DNA of 62,396 nt from an uncultured Bacilli bacterium (GTDB lineage Bacteria > Bacillota_I > Bacilli_A > RF39 > UBA660). Position numbers and translations under genes: made by a program. The DNA lies in NCBI GenBank assembly GCA_944358525.1, contig CALVRI010000004.1, positions 1 to 62,396 on the forward strand, in the 5' to 3' direction. Positions within the stretch are counted from its first letter, which is position 1. The number at the start of each line of letters is the position of its first letter. Below are positions 10,693-20,243 of this stretch, piece after piece. Below the pieces are notes generated by a model. The model was not told the DNA's origin. It ran no database searches and saw only the letters and a list, made by a program, of their open reading frames with translations.

Positions 10693-12174
10693 ATGAAAAA
10701 AGGTTTTAATAATAAAAAATATGTAGAAATTCAAAGTAAAAGAATTAAGAAAAAAATAAAAGAGTTTGATAAACTTTATTTAGAGTTTGGTGGTAAATTA
10801 TTTGATGATTATCATGCTAGTAGGGTTTTACCTGGGTTTGAACCTAATTCTAAAATAAAGATGCTTTTAGAATTAAAAGATATTACGGAAATAATTATGT
10901 GTATTAATGCGAAGGATATTGAAAGAAAGAAAATACGTGCTGATTATGGTATTACTTATGACATGGAAGTTTTAAGATTAATAGATGAATTTCAAAATTT
11001 GGGTTTATCTGTTAACAGTGTGGTTATTACTTTATATACTGGTAAGGAAAGTAGTAAAAAGTTTATAAATCAACTTGAGAAAAGAAATATTAAAACTTAT
11101 GTTCATACACCTACAAAAGGTTATCCAACAGATGTTGATGTAATTGTTAGTGATGAAGGATATGGAGCTAATCCTTATATTGAAACAACTAAAAAATTAG
11201 TAGTGGTTACAGCTCCTGGACCATCTAGTGGTAAATTAGCTACTTGTTTATCTCAACTTTATCATGAATATAAAAGAGGTGTTAAAGCTGGATATGCGAA
11301 GTATGAAACATTTCCTGTTTGGAATTTGCCTTTGAAACATCCTGTTAATGTAGCATATGAAGCAGCTACGGCTGATTTAAAAGATGTTAATATGATTGAT
11401 TCATTTCATTTAGAAAAGTATGGAATTACATCAGTTAATTATAACCGTGATTTAGAAGTTTTTCCTGTTTTAAAATCAATTTTATATAAAATTATTGGTA
11501 AAAATATTTATTATTCACCAACTGATATGGGAGTTAATATGATTGGTTATTGTATTGATAATGATGATGTGATTTGTGAAGCTAGTAGGCAAGAGATAAT
11601 TAGGAGATATTATAAAGCATTATGTGATTATAAGACTGGCACTGGTGAAGAATATGTATGTGAGAGAATCAAACTTTTGATGAATGAATTAGAAATTGAA
11701 CCTTTAAAAGAAAGACTTGTTATTAATGTAGCTCAAGAAAAAAGTAATGCAGAAGATCTTCCTGTTATTGCTTTGGAGTTACCTAATGGTAAAATTATTA
11801 CTGGTAAGAAAACAGAAATATTAAGTCCAGCTAGTAGTTTAATTTTAAATGCTATTAAAGAGTTAACAAATATTCCAGATGATGTTGATTTACTTTCTAA
11901 GGCTGTATTAGAACCAATATTGAAATTAAAACCATTAAGTAATCATGTATCTAGGTCATTAAATTTAGAAGAAGTTTTAATTGCTTTGAGTATTTGTTCA
12001 GTAACTAATCCTATAGTTAAGGAAGCTCTTAAAAATTTGAATAAACTTTCAGGTTTAGAGGCTCATGCTTCGTTTATGGTTTATAATGGCGATTTAAATA
12101 CTTTAAAAAGATTAAATATTAATTTAACTTGTGATCCAGTATTTTATTCAAATAATTTATTTATGAATGAGTAA
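10693..12174 (+). CDS. UPF0371/DUF1846 family protein
   Basis: 493 aa. LYLEFGGKLFDDYHASRVLPGFEPNSKIKML, VVTAPGPSSGKLATC and YAKYETFPVWNLPLKHPVN match the recalled UPF0371 consensus. Confidence 0.8.
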   Translation: MKKGFNNKKYVEIQSKRIKKKIKEFDKLYLEFGGKLFDDYHASRVLPGFEPNSKIKMLLELKDITEIIMCINAKDIERKKIRADYGITYDMEVLRLIDEFQNLGLSVNSVVITLYTGKESSKKFINQLEKRNIKTYVHTPTKGYPTDVDVIVSDEGYGANPYIETTKKLVVVTAPGPSSGKLATCLSQLYHEYKRGVKAGYAKYETFPVWNLPLKHPVNVAYEAATADLKDVNMIDSFHLEKYGITSVNYNRDLEVFPVLKSILYKIIGKNIYYSPTDMGVNMIGYCIDNDDVICEASRQEIIRRYYKALCDYKTGTGEEYVCERIKLLMNELEIEPLKERLVINVAQEKSNAEDLPVIALELPNGKIITGKKTEILSPASSLILNAIKELTNIPDDVDLLSKAVLEPILKLKPLSNHVSRSLNLEEVLIALSICSVTNPIVKEALKNLNKLSGLEAHASFMVYNGDLNTLKRLNINLTCDPVFYSNNLFMNE

Positions 12175-12248
12175 ACGGTAATTTATTTATCGTTTTTTCA
12201 GTTTGTGTGCTATAATACATGTGATGAAAAGGAGTTGGAAGTTTAGGC

Positions 12249-12803
12249 ATGCGTAAAAAAGATATTACTAAAGAGATTGCGAGTGATGAAGAATTTTTAC
12301 ATATAGTGGCTCCTATTTTAGGCTCTAGGGAATTTCAAAAAAGAAAAGAATGGATTCATCATGAAAGTTGTTCACTTTATGAACATTGTTTAGCTGTATC
12401 ATATTTATCTTATAAAATATGTAAAAAAAGAAACTGGAATTATCAAGATGCGGCTATTGGTGGGTTATTACATGATTTTTATAAAAAACCATGGCAAGAA
12501 CATATTAATGAGAAAAAACCATTTTTTAAACAACATGGGTTTACTCATGCTCATGAGGCGATGGAAAATGCTTATAGTTTTTTTCCAGAGCTTATGAATG
12601 AAAGAGTTGCTAATATAATAGAAAGGCATATGTTTCCACTTAATATAGTTCCTCCAAAATATAAAGAGGGATGGGTGGTTACTTATGCTGATAAAAGACT
12701 TTCAATGGATGTTGTTATAAATATAAAAGCTTTACCAAAATATTTTGGTTTGGCTAGAATGATACATAAGGTAAAAACTTTTTTTAAATTTAGAAAGAGG
12801 TGA
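12249..12803 (+). CDS. HD-domain phosphohydrolase
   Basis: 184 aa with H...HD metal-binding pattern (YEHCLAVS, GLLHDFYK). Confidence 0.7.
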   Translation: MRKKDITKEIASDEEFLHIVAPILGSREFQKRKEWIHHESCSLYEHCLAVSYLSYKICKKRNWNYQDAAIGGLLHDFYKKPWQEHINEKKPFFKQHGFTHAHEAMENAYSFFPELMNERVANIIERHMFPLNIVPPKYKEGWVVTYADKRLSMDVVINIKALPKYFGLARMIHKVKTFFKFRKR

Positions 12804-12807
12804 TTTA

Positions 12808-14157
12808 ATGGATGATACAATTGCAGCTATTTCAACTGCTCAGGGTGTTGGTGCTATTTCTATTATTAGAGTTAGTGGGGCTGATGCTATTAAAATAGTT
12901 AGTAAAATTTTTTCTAATAAAAATTTTTTAGATGCACCAAGTCATACTATTCATTATGGTTATATAATGGATAATAATGAAAAAGTTGATGAAGTATTAG
13001 TTAATATTATGAGGGCTCCTAGGACTTTTACTAAAGAAGATGTTGTTGAAATTAATGCTCATGGTGGTATTATGACAACTGATAAGATTTTAGAGTTATT
13101 ACTTGTTAATGGATGTAGATTAGCTGAACCTGGTGAGTTTACTAAAAGAGCTTTTTTGAATGGTAGAATTGATTTGACTGAAGCTGAAGGGGTTATAGAT
13201 TTAATTAATTCTAAAACAGATATTTCCCGGAAAATAGCTTTGAATCAGGTTGGTGGCAAGGTTTCTTCAATGATTAGTAAACTTCGAGATGAACTTGCTG
13301 GAATAATTGCAAATATTGAAGTTAATATCGATTATCCTGAGTATGAGGACATTGAAGAGATGACAATTGAAAAGATCAATTCTAATTTAAGTGAACTTGA
13401 AAGTAAAATTGATAAAATTTTGAAAGAAAGTAAAAATGGTGAAATTTTGACTAATGGTATTAAAACAGCTATTGTTGGGAAACCTAATGTTGGAAAAAGT
13501 AGTTTACTTAATAGATTAATTGGTGAAGAAAAGGCTATTGTTACAGATATTCAGGGAACAACACGCGATAGTGTCGAAGCTACTTTGCGTATAGATAATC
13601 TTATTTTGAATTTAATTGATACAGCGGGTATTAGAAAAACAGATGATGTTGTTGAAAGTATTGGAGTAGATAAAAGTTTAAAATTAATCGATGAAGCTGA
13701 TTTGATTTTATTTGTAGTTAATTATAATGAGAAATTAAGTCATGATGATTTAGTGATTTTAGATAAATTAAAAGGTAAAAATTATATTACAATAGTTAAT
13801 AAGACAGATTTAGATAAAAAAATTGATGATGATAAACTTTCTAATGTGGTTTATGTTAGTGCTTTAAATGATGAGAATATTGATGAAATAGGTAATAAGA
13901 TTAAGAAATTATTTAATTTAGAAAAAATAGAAATGGCTGATTTAACTTATTTGACTAGTGCGAGAAGTGGGGCTATACTTAGAAAAGTTTTAGAGAGTGT
14001 TAAAGCAGTTAGAAAAGGTATAGAAGAAAATTATCCTATCGATATGGTGGAAATTGATTTAAAGGATATATGGAATTTACTAGGTGAGATAATCGGTGAG
14101 AGTTATGATGAAGAGTTGTTGGATCAATTATTTAGTAGATTTTGTGTTGGAAAGTAA
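12808..14157 (+). CDS. mnmE: tRNA modification GTPase MnmE
   Basis: G1 GKPNVGKSSLLN, DTAGIR, NKTD and the C-terminal FCVGK tetrapeptide. Confidence 0.96.
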   Translation: MDDTIAAISTAQGVGAISIIRVSGADAIKIVSKIFSNKNFLDAPSHTIHYGYIMDNNEKVDEVLVNIMRAPRTFTKEDVVEINAHGGIMTTDKILELLLVNGCRLAEPGEFTKRAFLNGRIDLTEAEGVIDLINSKTDISRKIALNQVGGKVSSMISKLRDELAGIIANIEVNIDYPEYEDIEEMTIEKINSNLSELESKIDKILKESKNGEILTNGIKTAIVGKPNVGKSSLLNRLIGEEKAIVTDIQGTTRDSVEATLRIDNLILNLIDTAGIRKTDDVVESIGVDKSLKLIDEADLILFVVNYNEKLSHDDLVILDKLKGKNYITIVNKTDLDKKIDDDKLSNVVYVSALNDENIDEIGNKIKKLFNLEKIEMADLTYLTSARSGAILRKVLESVKAVRKGIEENYPIDMVEIDLKDIWNLLGEIIGESYDEELLDQLFSRFCVGK

Positions 14158-14200
14158 TTATCTATTTGCCCTAAAGTTAAATTTGTGCTACAATGTATAT

Positions 14201-14315
14201 AGATGAAGGAAACTTCATAAAATAAAAAAGGAATATCCAGTGCTGCTATGTTGGATGTACCAAAATGGTTTGGACACCTAAATCAAGCTGCAAAGCTTAA
14301 GTTAGGTGCCTTTTT
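14201..14315 (+). ncRNA. Candidate antisense (antitoxin-like) sRNA convergent with a small toxin-like ORF
   Basis: Promoter TTGCCC (14166-14171), 17 nt spacer, extended -10 TGcTACAAT (14186-14194). Rho-independent terminator GGACACCTA...TAGGTGCC plus TTTTT (14272-14315). No ORF is present. It would be fully complementary to the 3' UTR of the minus-strand peptide mRNA. Confidence 0.45.
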
Positions 14316-14393
14316 CTATTTAAATAATATTATGAATATTAAAATAAATAGAAGTGATATGATGGCATAGAGAGCTTTTTCTCTTTTAGTCAT
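14316..14393 (-). CDS. 25-aa hydrophobic peptide, type I toxin-like
   Basis: My translation is MTKREKALYAIISLLFILIFIILFK. GGAGGT (complement of 14401-14406) lies 8 nt before the ATG. The pattern is a charged N-terminus, a single TM segment and a C-terminal Lys. It is below the ORF-track size cut-off. Confidence 0.5.
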   Translation of the reverse strand: MTKREKALYAIISLLFILIFIILFK

Positions 14394-14522
14394 TCGCATC
14401 ACCTCCAATTCTATATAAAGAATTGGTACACCCAACTTACTGAATATTCCTTATATAAATTATAACAAAAGGTTATGTAAAATACAATGAATTTTATTAT
14501 TTTAAATAAAAGTTTTATTTAT

Positions 14523-14551
14523 TTGACTAAAGTGTTTCTCTGATGTAGAAT
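14523..14551 (+). promoter_or_regulatory. Promoter of mnmG-rsmG
   Basis: TTGACT (14523-14528), 17 nt spacer, TAGAAT (14546-14551). Confidence 0.55.
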
Positions 14552-14577
14552 TAACTCTAGTATTTGGTGGTGATAAT

Positions 14578-16428
14578 ATGAATTATGAAGTAATTGTAGT
14601 AGGTGGTGGTCATGCGGGATGTGAAGCTGCTTTGGCTTCTGCACGCATGGGACACAAAACATTACTTGTTACAGGAAATATTAATAATATTGCGGATATG
14701 CCTTGTAATCCATCGATTGGTGGAAGTGCGAAAGGTATAGTTGTTAGAGAAATAGATGCCTTAGGCGGAGAGATGGGAAATAATGCGGATAAAAGTTTAC
14801 TACAAATAAAGATGCTTAATACGGCTAAAGGTCCAGCTGTTCGTAGTTTAAGAGCGCAAGCAGATAAAATTACTTATCCTAAAAATATGCTTAAAACCTT
14901 GGAAAGTACGGATAATCTAGATATTAAAGAAGCTTTAGTTAAAGATGTAATAACCCCAAATAATAAAGTAAGTGGGGTATTACTTGAAGATGGCGAAGAG
15001 ATTAATGCTAAAGCGGTTATTTTAACAACAGGTACTTATATGAATGCGGATATTATGGTTGGTGATACTCGTCATAGAGAGGGACCTCATGGTGAGAAGC
15101 CTTCTAATTATTTAAGTGATAATTTAGCTAAAAAAGGTTTTATTATTAAAAGATTAAAAACAGGAACACCACCTAGGATTGCTCGCGATAGTATCGATTT
15201 TTCAAAAGCTAAAAGAGAGGATGGAGATAGTGTTTATCACACTTTTAGTTTTGATAATAAACCGATGTATGATATAGATAAACAAGTGCCTTGTTATTTG
15301 ATTTATACTAACGATGAAACACATAAAATTATTAGAGATAATTTGAATAAATCTAGTATGTATGGAGGTTTATCTGATATTAAAGGTGTTGGACCTAGGT
15401 ACTGTCCATCTATTGAAGATAAAATAGTTAGATTTAGTGATAAAGAAAAACATCAATTATTTTTAGAGCCGGAAAGTTTATATTATGATGATATTTATTT
15501 ACAAGGTTTTTCAACTAGTATGCCTTATGATGTGCAAGAGAAGATGGTTCATAGTTTGACAGGTTTAGAAAATGCGAAAATTTTAAAATATGCTTATGCG
15601 ATAGAATATGATGCAATTTATCCAACACAGTTAAAGTTTAATTTGGAAACTAAATTAATTGAAAATTTATTTACAGCTGGTCAAATTAATGGTACAAGTG
15701 GATATGAAGAAGCGGCTTGTCAGGGATTAATGGCTGGTATTAATGCTTGTTTGAAATTAGAAGGAAAAGAGCCATTTATTTTAAGAAGAGATGAGGCTTA
15801 TATTGGGGTATTAATTGATGATTTAATTACTAAAGGAATAAGAGATCCATATAGATTGCTTACTTCTAGAGCTGAATATAGATTACTTCTTAGAACTGAT
15901 AATGCTGATTTGCGACTTCGTGAATATGGTCATAAATTTGGACTTGTTTCTGATGAAAAGTATGAAAGATTTTTAAATAAAAAAGAAAATATTGAAAAGG
16001 CAACTTTGGAATTTAAAGATAAAAGATTAACTCCTAAGAACAATGATTATTTAGAAAAATTAGGTACAAAACCTTTAAAAGATGGTGTTTCTTTATATGA
16101 TTTACTTAGAAGACCAGAAATTAAGATAGATGATTTAACTGAATTTTTAGATAATAAATATAAAGATGAGGTTTTGGAACAAGTTTCTATTTCAGCTAAA
16201 TATGAAGGTTATATTAATAAAGCTCTTCGCGAAGCTGAAAAGTTAAAAAGTTTAGAAGATAAAAAAATACCTGAAGATATAGATTATGATGCGATGCATA
16301 ATTTAGCTAGTGAGGCTAAACAAAAGTTAAAAGAAGTTAGGCCACTTACAATTGGTCAAGCTATGAGAATTAGTGGAGTAAATCCTGCAGATATTTCAAT
16401 ACTTACTATGTATATGAAGCGAGGTTAA
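14578..16428 (+). CDS. mnmG: tRNA uridine 5-carboxymethylaminomethyl modification enzyme MnmG (GidA)
   Basis: 616 aa with FAD motif VVGGGHAGCEAA. It is the conserved partner of mnmE. Confidence 0.97.
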   Translation: MNYEVIVVGGGHAGCEAALASARMGHKTLLVTGNINNIADMPCNPSIGGSAKGIVVREIDALGGEMGNNADKSLLQIKMLNTAKGPAVRSLRAQADKITYPKNMLKTLESTDNLDIKEALVKDVITPNNKVSGVLLEDGEEINAKAVILTTGTYMNADIMVGDTRHREGPHGEKPSNYLSDNLAKKGFIIKRLKTGTPPRIARDSIDFSKAKREDGDSVYHTFSFDNKPMYDIDKQVPCYLIYTNDETHKIIRDNLNKSSMYGGLSDIKGVGPRYCPSIEDKIVRFSDKEKHQLFLEPESLYYDDIYLQGFSTSMPYDVQEKMVHSLTGLENAKILKYAYAIEYDAIYPTQLKFNLETKLIENLFTAGQINGTSGYEEAACQGLMAGINACLKLEGKEPFILRRDEAYIGVLIDDLITKGIRDPYRLLTSRAEYRLLLRTDNADLRLREYGHKFGLVSDEKYERFLNKKENIEKATLEFKDKRLTPKNNDYLEKLGTKPLKDGVSLYDLLRRPEIKIDDLTEFLDNKYKDEVLEQVSISAKYEGYINKALREAEKLKSLEDKKIPEDIDYDAMHNLASEAKQKLKEVRPLTIGQAMRISGVNPADISILTMYMKRG

Positions 16429-16429
16429 T

Positions 16430-17128
16430 ATGAATTTAGATGAATTTAAAGTTGAAGTAGAAAAATTAGGTATTAAGGTTACTGATGATGAAATTAATAA
16501 ATTAGAAAAATATGCGGATTTATTAAAAGAGTGGAATGAGAAAATTAATTTGACAGCTATAACTGAAAAAGAACAAGTGTTTTTAAAACATTTTTATGAT
16601 AGTTTAACTTTAGTTAAAATAATTGATTTAACTAAAGTCGATAGTTTATGTGATTTAGGAACAGGAGCTGGTTTTCCAGGAGTTGTACTTAAAATATTTT
16701 TTCCTAATTTAAAATTAACTTTGGTTGATGCTTTAAATAAGAGAATTAATTTTTTAGATATTGTAGTTAAGGAGTTAAATTTGGAAAATGTTACTTTAGT
16801 GCATTCAAGAGCAGAAGAATATGGGAAAGACCATAGAGAATTATTCGATGTGGTTACAGCTAGAGCTTTATCTAGTTTTCCTATTTTACTTGAGTATAGT
16901 GCTTCTTTACTTAAAGTTCATGGTCATTTAATTGCGATGAGAGGACTTAATGATAGCTTTGTTGGAATTAACGCATTAAAGGTATTAAATTTAAAAATTA
17001 ATAATATTTTAGAATTTAAATTACCTTTTGAAGAGAGTAACAGAACTTTAGTTGATGTAGTAAAAATTGATAAAACTTCTTTGAAATATCCTAGAAGATA
17101 TGCAGAAATTAAAAAGAAAACTTTATAA
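16430..17128 (+). CDS. rsmG: 16S rRNA (guanine527-N7)-methyltransferase RsmG
   Basis: 232 aa with SAM motif DLGTGAGFPG. It follows mnmG. Confidence 0.93.
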   Translation: MNLDEFKVEVEKLGIKVTDDEINKLEKYADLLKEWNEKINLTAITEKEQVFLKHFYDSLTLVKIIDLTKVDSLCDLGTGAGFPGVVLKIFFPNLKLTLVDALNKRINFLDIVVKELNLENVTLVHSRAEEYGKDHRELFDVVTARALSSFPILLEYSASLLKVHGHLIAMRGLNDSFVGINALKVLNLKINNILEFKLPFEESNRTLVDVVKIDKTSLKYPRRYAEIKKKTL

Positions 17129-17243
17129 TTTTGTAAAACAGTATTAAATATTAGTTTAATATTGTTTTTTTATGTCATTTTAGTTGAATTATTTCCCGAA
17201 AAATAGTATGATAAAATAAAAGAATAGAAGGGAGGGGTGGATT

Positions 17244-18989
17244 GTGTTCGAAAACGGTCAATTAACTGTTTTAAATATTAATGATATTTTACCAAATAGA
17301 TTTCAACCTAGAATTAGGTTTGATGAAGAAAAGTTGGAAGAACTTGCGGAATCTATTAGTAAATATGGTGTTATTCAGCCAATTGTTGTAAGGCCAGTAA
17401 GTAATAAATATGAAATTATTGCTGGAGAAAGACGTTATAAAGCTAGTAAACTTGCGAATAAATCTACCATTCCCGCTATTATCTTGAATTTATCAGATAA
17501 AGATAGTGAAGAGATTGCACTACTTGAAAATATTCAAAGACAACAATTAAGTCCTATTGAAGAAGCCGTTTCTTATAAACGGATTTTAGACATGGGATAT
17601 ATTACACAAGAAGGATTAGCAAAAAAATTAGGAAAGGCACAATCTACGATTGCCAATAAAATACGATTATTAAATTTGGATGATGAAGTCCAAAATTATT
17701 TACTTAATAATAAAATTTCTGAAAGACATGCAAGAAGTTTACTTAGAATACCTGATAAAGAAAAACAGGTAGAAATGCTTCATAGAATTGTGGAAGAGAG
17801 ACTCACTGTTAAACAAACTGATAGAGAAATTGAAAAATTAAAAGAGGAAACAAAAATAGATAATAAGCCTGTAAAACCAATTGTTATGGAGTCGCCTAAG
17901 ATTAATGATTCAAAACAGATGAATAATAATATTCAACCTTCTAGTTTATATGATGAAGTTGAAAATTTATTTGATGAATCAAATATTGTAGATAAGGGAG
18001 GAAATACTATGGATATAGAAAAAATTATGCGGGAAGCTAAAGATATTAATGTTCCACAAGAACAACCACAAAAAGATATTTCTGGATTGATGCAACCAGG
18101 AAACGATGTTCAAAGTGAATTGATTGTTAGAGATGAACCTACTCCATCACCTGTAAATTTAGAAAATAGTAGATTTATAAATATTACACAACAACAAGAT
18201 TCGGTACAACCTGTTCAACAATCATCTAGTAATGGTGTTACGTTTGATAGTATGTTTAATCAACATATAGATGTAGAGCCTAGTAATGTTCAAAATCAAG
18301 TAGTTTCTTCTGCTTCACCAGTTCAATCTGAACAATCTAATGTTCAGTCAGTTCAAGCATCCCCAATTGAAGTATCACAAGTTTCAGCTGTACCTGTTCA
18401 AAATAGTGTTACTTCAAATTCTACAAATAATAGTATTCAACCAAATATTAAAGAAAATCAGACAGTTTCAGAGGTTAATGAAGAAATAAATGACGATACT
18501 AAAAAAATTATTTCAAATGCAGTTGCTGATGCTTTAAAGAGATTTAATGAGCAAAAAGTTAATACTAGTACACAGCAAGTAACAATTCAGAAACCTACTC
18601 AATCTAGTATTCCAGAGGTTAATACAGTACCAGAAATTTCAAACGCATCACAACAAGTAAATGAACCTGTACAAGTGCCGGTTAGTAATTCTACAAGTAA
18701 TATTACTTCTTCAGCTTCGGTTTCTATTCCAAGTACTGATATAATTGCGGATAATACTTTAAATGAATATGCTATTAAATCTAATCAATCTGTTATTCCT
18801 CAAACAACAATGGCTAGTGCTATGGCACAAAATGTAAAACCAGTTAATAATCAAGCTCATTTTGCTCAAATCGTGAAATTACTTCGTGATTGTGCGGATA
18901 AAATTGAACAGAATGGATATTTTGTAAGTGTGGATGAGATGGATTTAGGTAATCAATATAAAGTTACATTTACAATTAATAAGGAATAG
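17244..18989 (+). CDS. ParB/Noc/Spo0J-family protein with a long low-complexity linker
   Basis: GTG start after GGGAGGGG. The N-terminal ParB domain has GERRYKA and the HTH reads QEGLAKKLGKAQSTIANKIRLL. Residues of about 200-530 are Q/S/N/V/P-rich. The C-terminus is a short globular domain. Confidence 0.8.
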   Translation: MFENGQLTVLNINDILPNRFQPRIRFDEEKLEELAESISKYGVIQPIVVRPVSNKYEIIAGERRYKASKLANKSTIPAIILNLSDKDSEEIALLENIQRQQLSPIEEAVSYKRILDMGYITQEGLAKKLGKAQSTIANKIRLLNLDDEVQNYLLNNKISERHARSLLRIPDKEKQVEMLHRIVEERLTVKQTDREIEKLKEETKIDNKPVKPIVMESPKINDSKQMNNNIQPSSLYDEVENLFDESNIVDKGGNTMDIEKIMREAKDINVPQEQPQKDISGLMQPGNDVQSELIVRDEPTPSPVNLENSRFINITQQQDSVQPVQQSSSNGVTFDSMFNQHIDVEPSNVQNQVVSSASPVQSEQSNVQSVQASPIEVSQVSAVPVQNSVTSNSTNNSIQPNIKENQTVSEVNEEINDDTKKIISNAVADALKRFNEQKVNTSTQQVTIQKPTQSSIPEVNTVPEISNASQQVNEPVQVPVSNSTSNITSSASVSIPSTDIIADNTLNEYAIKSNQSVIPQTTMASAMAQNVKPVNNQAHFAQIVKLLRDCADKIEQNGYFVSVDEMDLGNQYKVTFTINKE

Positions 18990-18992
18990 TTT

Positions 18993-20210
18993 ATGAATAA
19001 ATTTAAAGAGTTAGTTAATTATTGTTTAAATTGTCCTGTTAAACCTTGTACAAAAGGTTGTCCTTTAAAAAATGATATTCCTAATTTTATTAAGTTAGCT
19101 AAGGAAGAAAATTTTTTAAAGGCTTTTAGTGTGCTTAGTGAAACTACGGTATTATCTTCTATTTGTGGCAGAATTTGTCCTTTTGAAAGGCAATGTGAGG
19201 GTAATTGTGTTAGAAGATTAAAAGGTGAACCTGTACAAATAGGATATATTGAATCTGTTATTGGAGATAGAGCTATAAAAGATAATTATCCTCTTTTTGA
19301 TACTATGGAAGAATTTAAAGGTAAAACAGTAGCAGTAGTTGGAGCGGGCCCAGCTGGTCTTACATGCGCCTCTTTTTTAAAGAAATTAGGTTATAATGTA
19401 ACAATATATGAAAAATATGATTATGTTGGGGGAATTATAAGTCATGGAATTCCCGATTTTAGATTAGATAAAAAAATTTGTGATCAAACATTTAAACGTA
19501 TTTTAGATTTAGGTATAGAAGTTAAATTTAACAAAGAACTTGGTGTTGATATATCTCTTAAGGAACTTAAAAAGAATTATGATGCAGTATTTTTAGGATT
19601 TGGAGCTAATAAGTCTAAAATACCAAATATTAAAGGTAAAAATTTATGTAATGTTTATGGAGCTAATGAATTTTTAGAAAGTAAACAAAAACTTGATTTA
19701 AACGGTAAGAATGTAATTGTAGTCGGTGGTGGTGATACTGCTATGGATATGGCTAGAGTAGCTAAACATTGGGGTGCTAATGTTTTAGTTGTTTACCGCG
19801 GTGATGAAAAAAGGATGAAGGCTTCAAATTGTGAGATAGTAAATGCGAAAAATGAAAATATTGAAATTTTATTTAATACAAATGTTAAGCAAATAATTCA
19901 GAATAAAGATGTTTATAAAGCTTATTTAATGACAAATGATGGTTATAAATTTATTTATCCTTGTGATTATGTGTTTTTTGCAATAGGTGCTAAAACTGAT
20001 GAAAAAATTACTAAAAAACTTGGAATTAAATTAGATATGGATGGATATATTAAAACTGATAAGAGGCAAATGACTTCAATTTCTGGTGTATTTGCAGGAG
20101 GAGATTTAATTAAAGAAAAAAATACAGTAGCATATGCATCTGTTTCTGGAAGAAATGCCGCATATAATATCGATAATTATTTAAAAAAGTTTGACAAAAA
20201 GTCTAATTAA
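18993..20210 (+). CDS. GltD-like NAD(P)H-dependent Fe-S flavoprotein oxidoreductase
   Basis: 405 aa with N-terminal Cys clusters (CPVKPCTKGCP, CGRICPFERQCEGNC) and two Rossmann motifs (GAGPAGL, GGGDTAMD). Confidence 0.8.
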   Translation: MNKFKELVNYCLNCPVKPCTKGCPLKNDIPNFIKLAKEENFLKAFSVLSETTVLSSICGRICPFERQCEGNCVRRLKGEPVQIGYIESVIGDRAIKDNYPLFDTMEEFKGKTVAVVGAGPAGLTCASFLKKLGYNVTIYEKYDYVGGIISHGIPDFRLDKKICDQTFKRILDLGIEVKFNKELGVDISLKELKKNYDAVFLGFGANKSKIPNIKGKNLCNVYGANEFLESKQKLDLNGKNVIVVGGGDTAMDMARVAKHWGANVLVVYRGDEKRMKASNCEIVNAKNENIEILFNTNVKQIIQNKDVYKAYLMTNDGYKFIYPCDYVFFAIGAKTDEKITKKLGIKLDMDGYIKTDKRQMTSISGVFAGGDLIKEKNTVAYASVSGRNAAYNIDNYLKKFDKKSN

Positions 20211-20243
20211 ATATAAAATTAAAAAGCACTTGAGGTGATAGAT

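Noticed and set aside
14228-14452. The inverted repeats in the mnmE-mnmG spacer read as terminal inverted repeats of a MITE.
   Set aside because: This is not fully excluded. However, no target-site duplication is evident. Both arm mismatches are G-U compatible only in the minus-sense RNA. The arms enclose an RBS-equipped hydrophobic mini-ORF plus a convergent promoter-terminator unit. These points fit a type I TA locus better.
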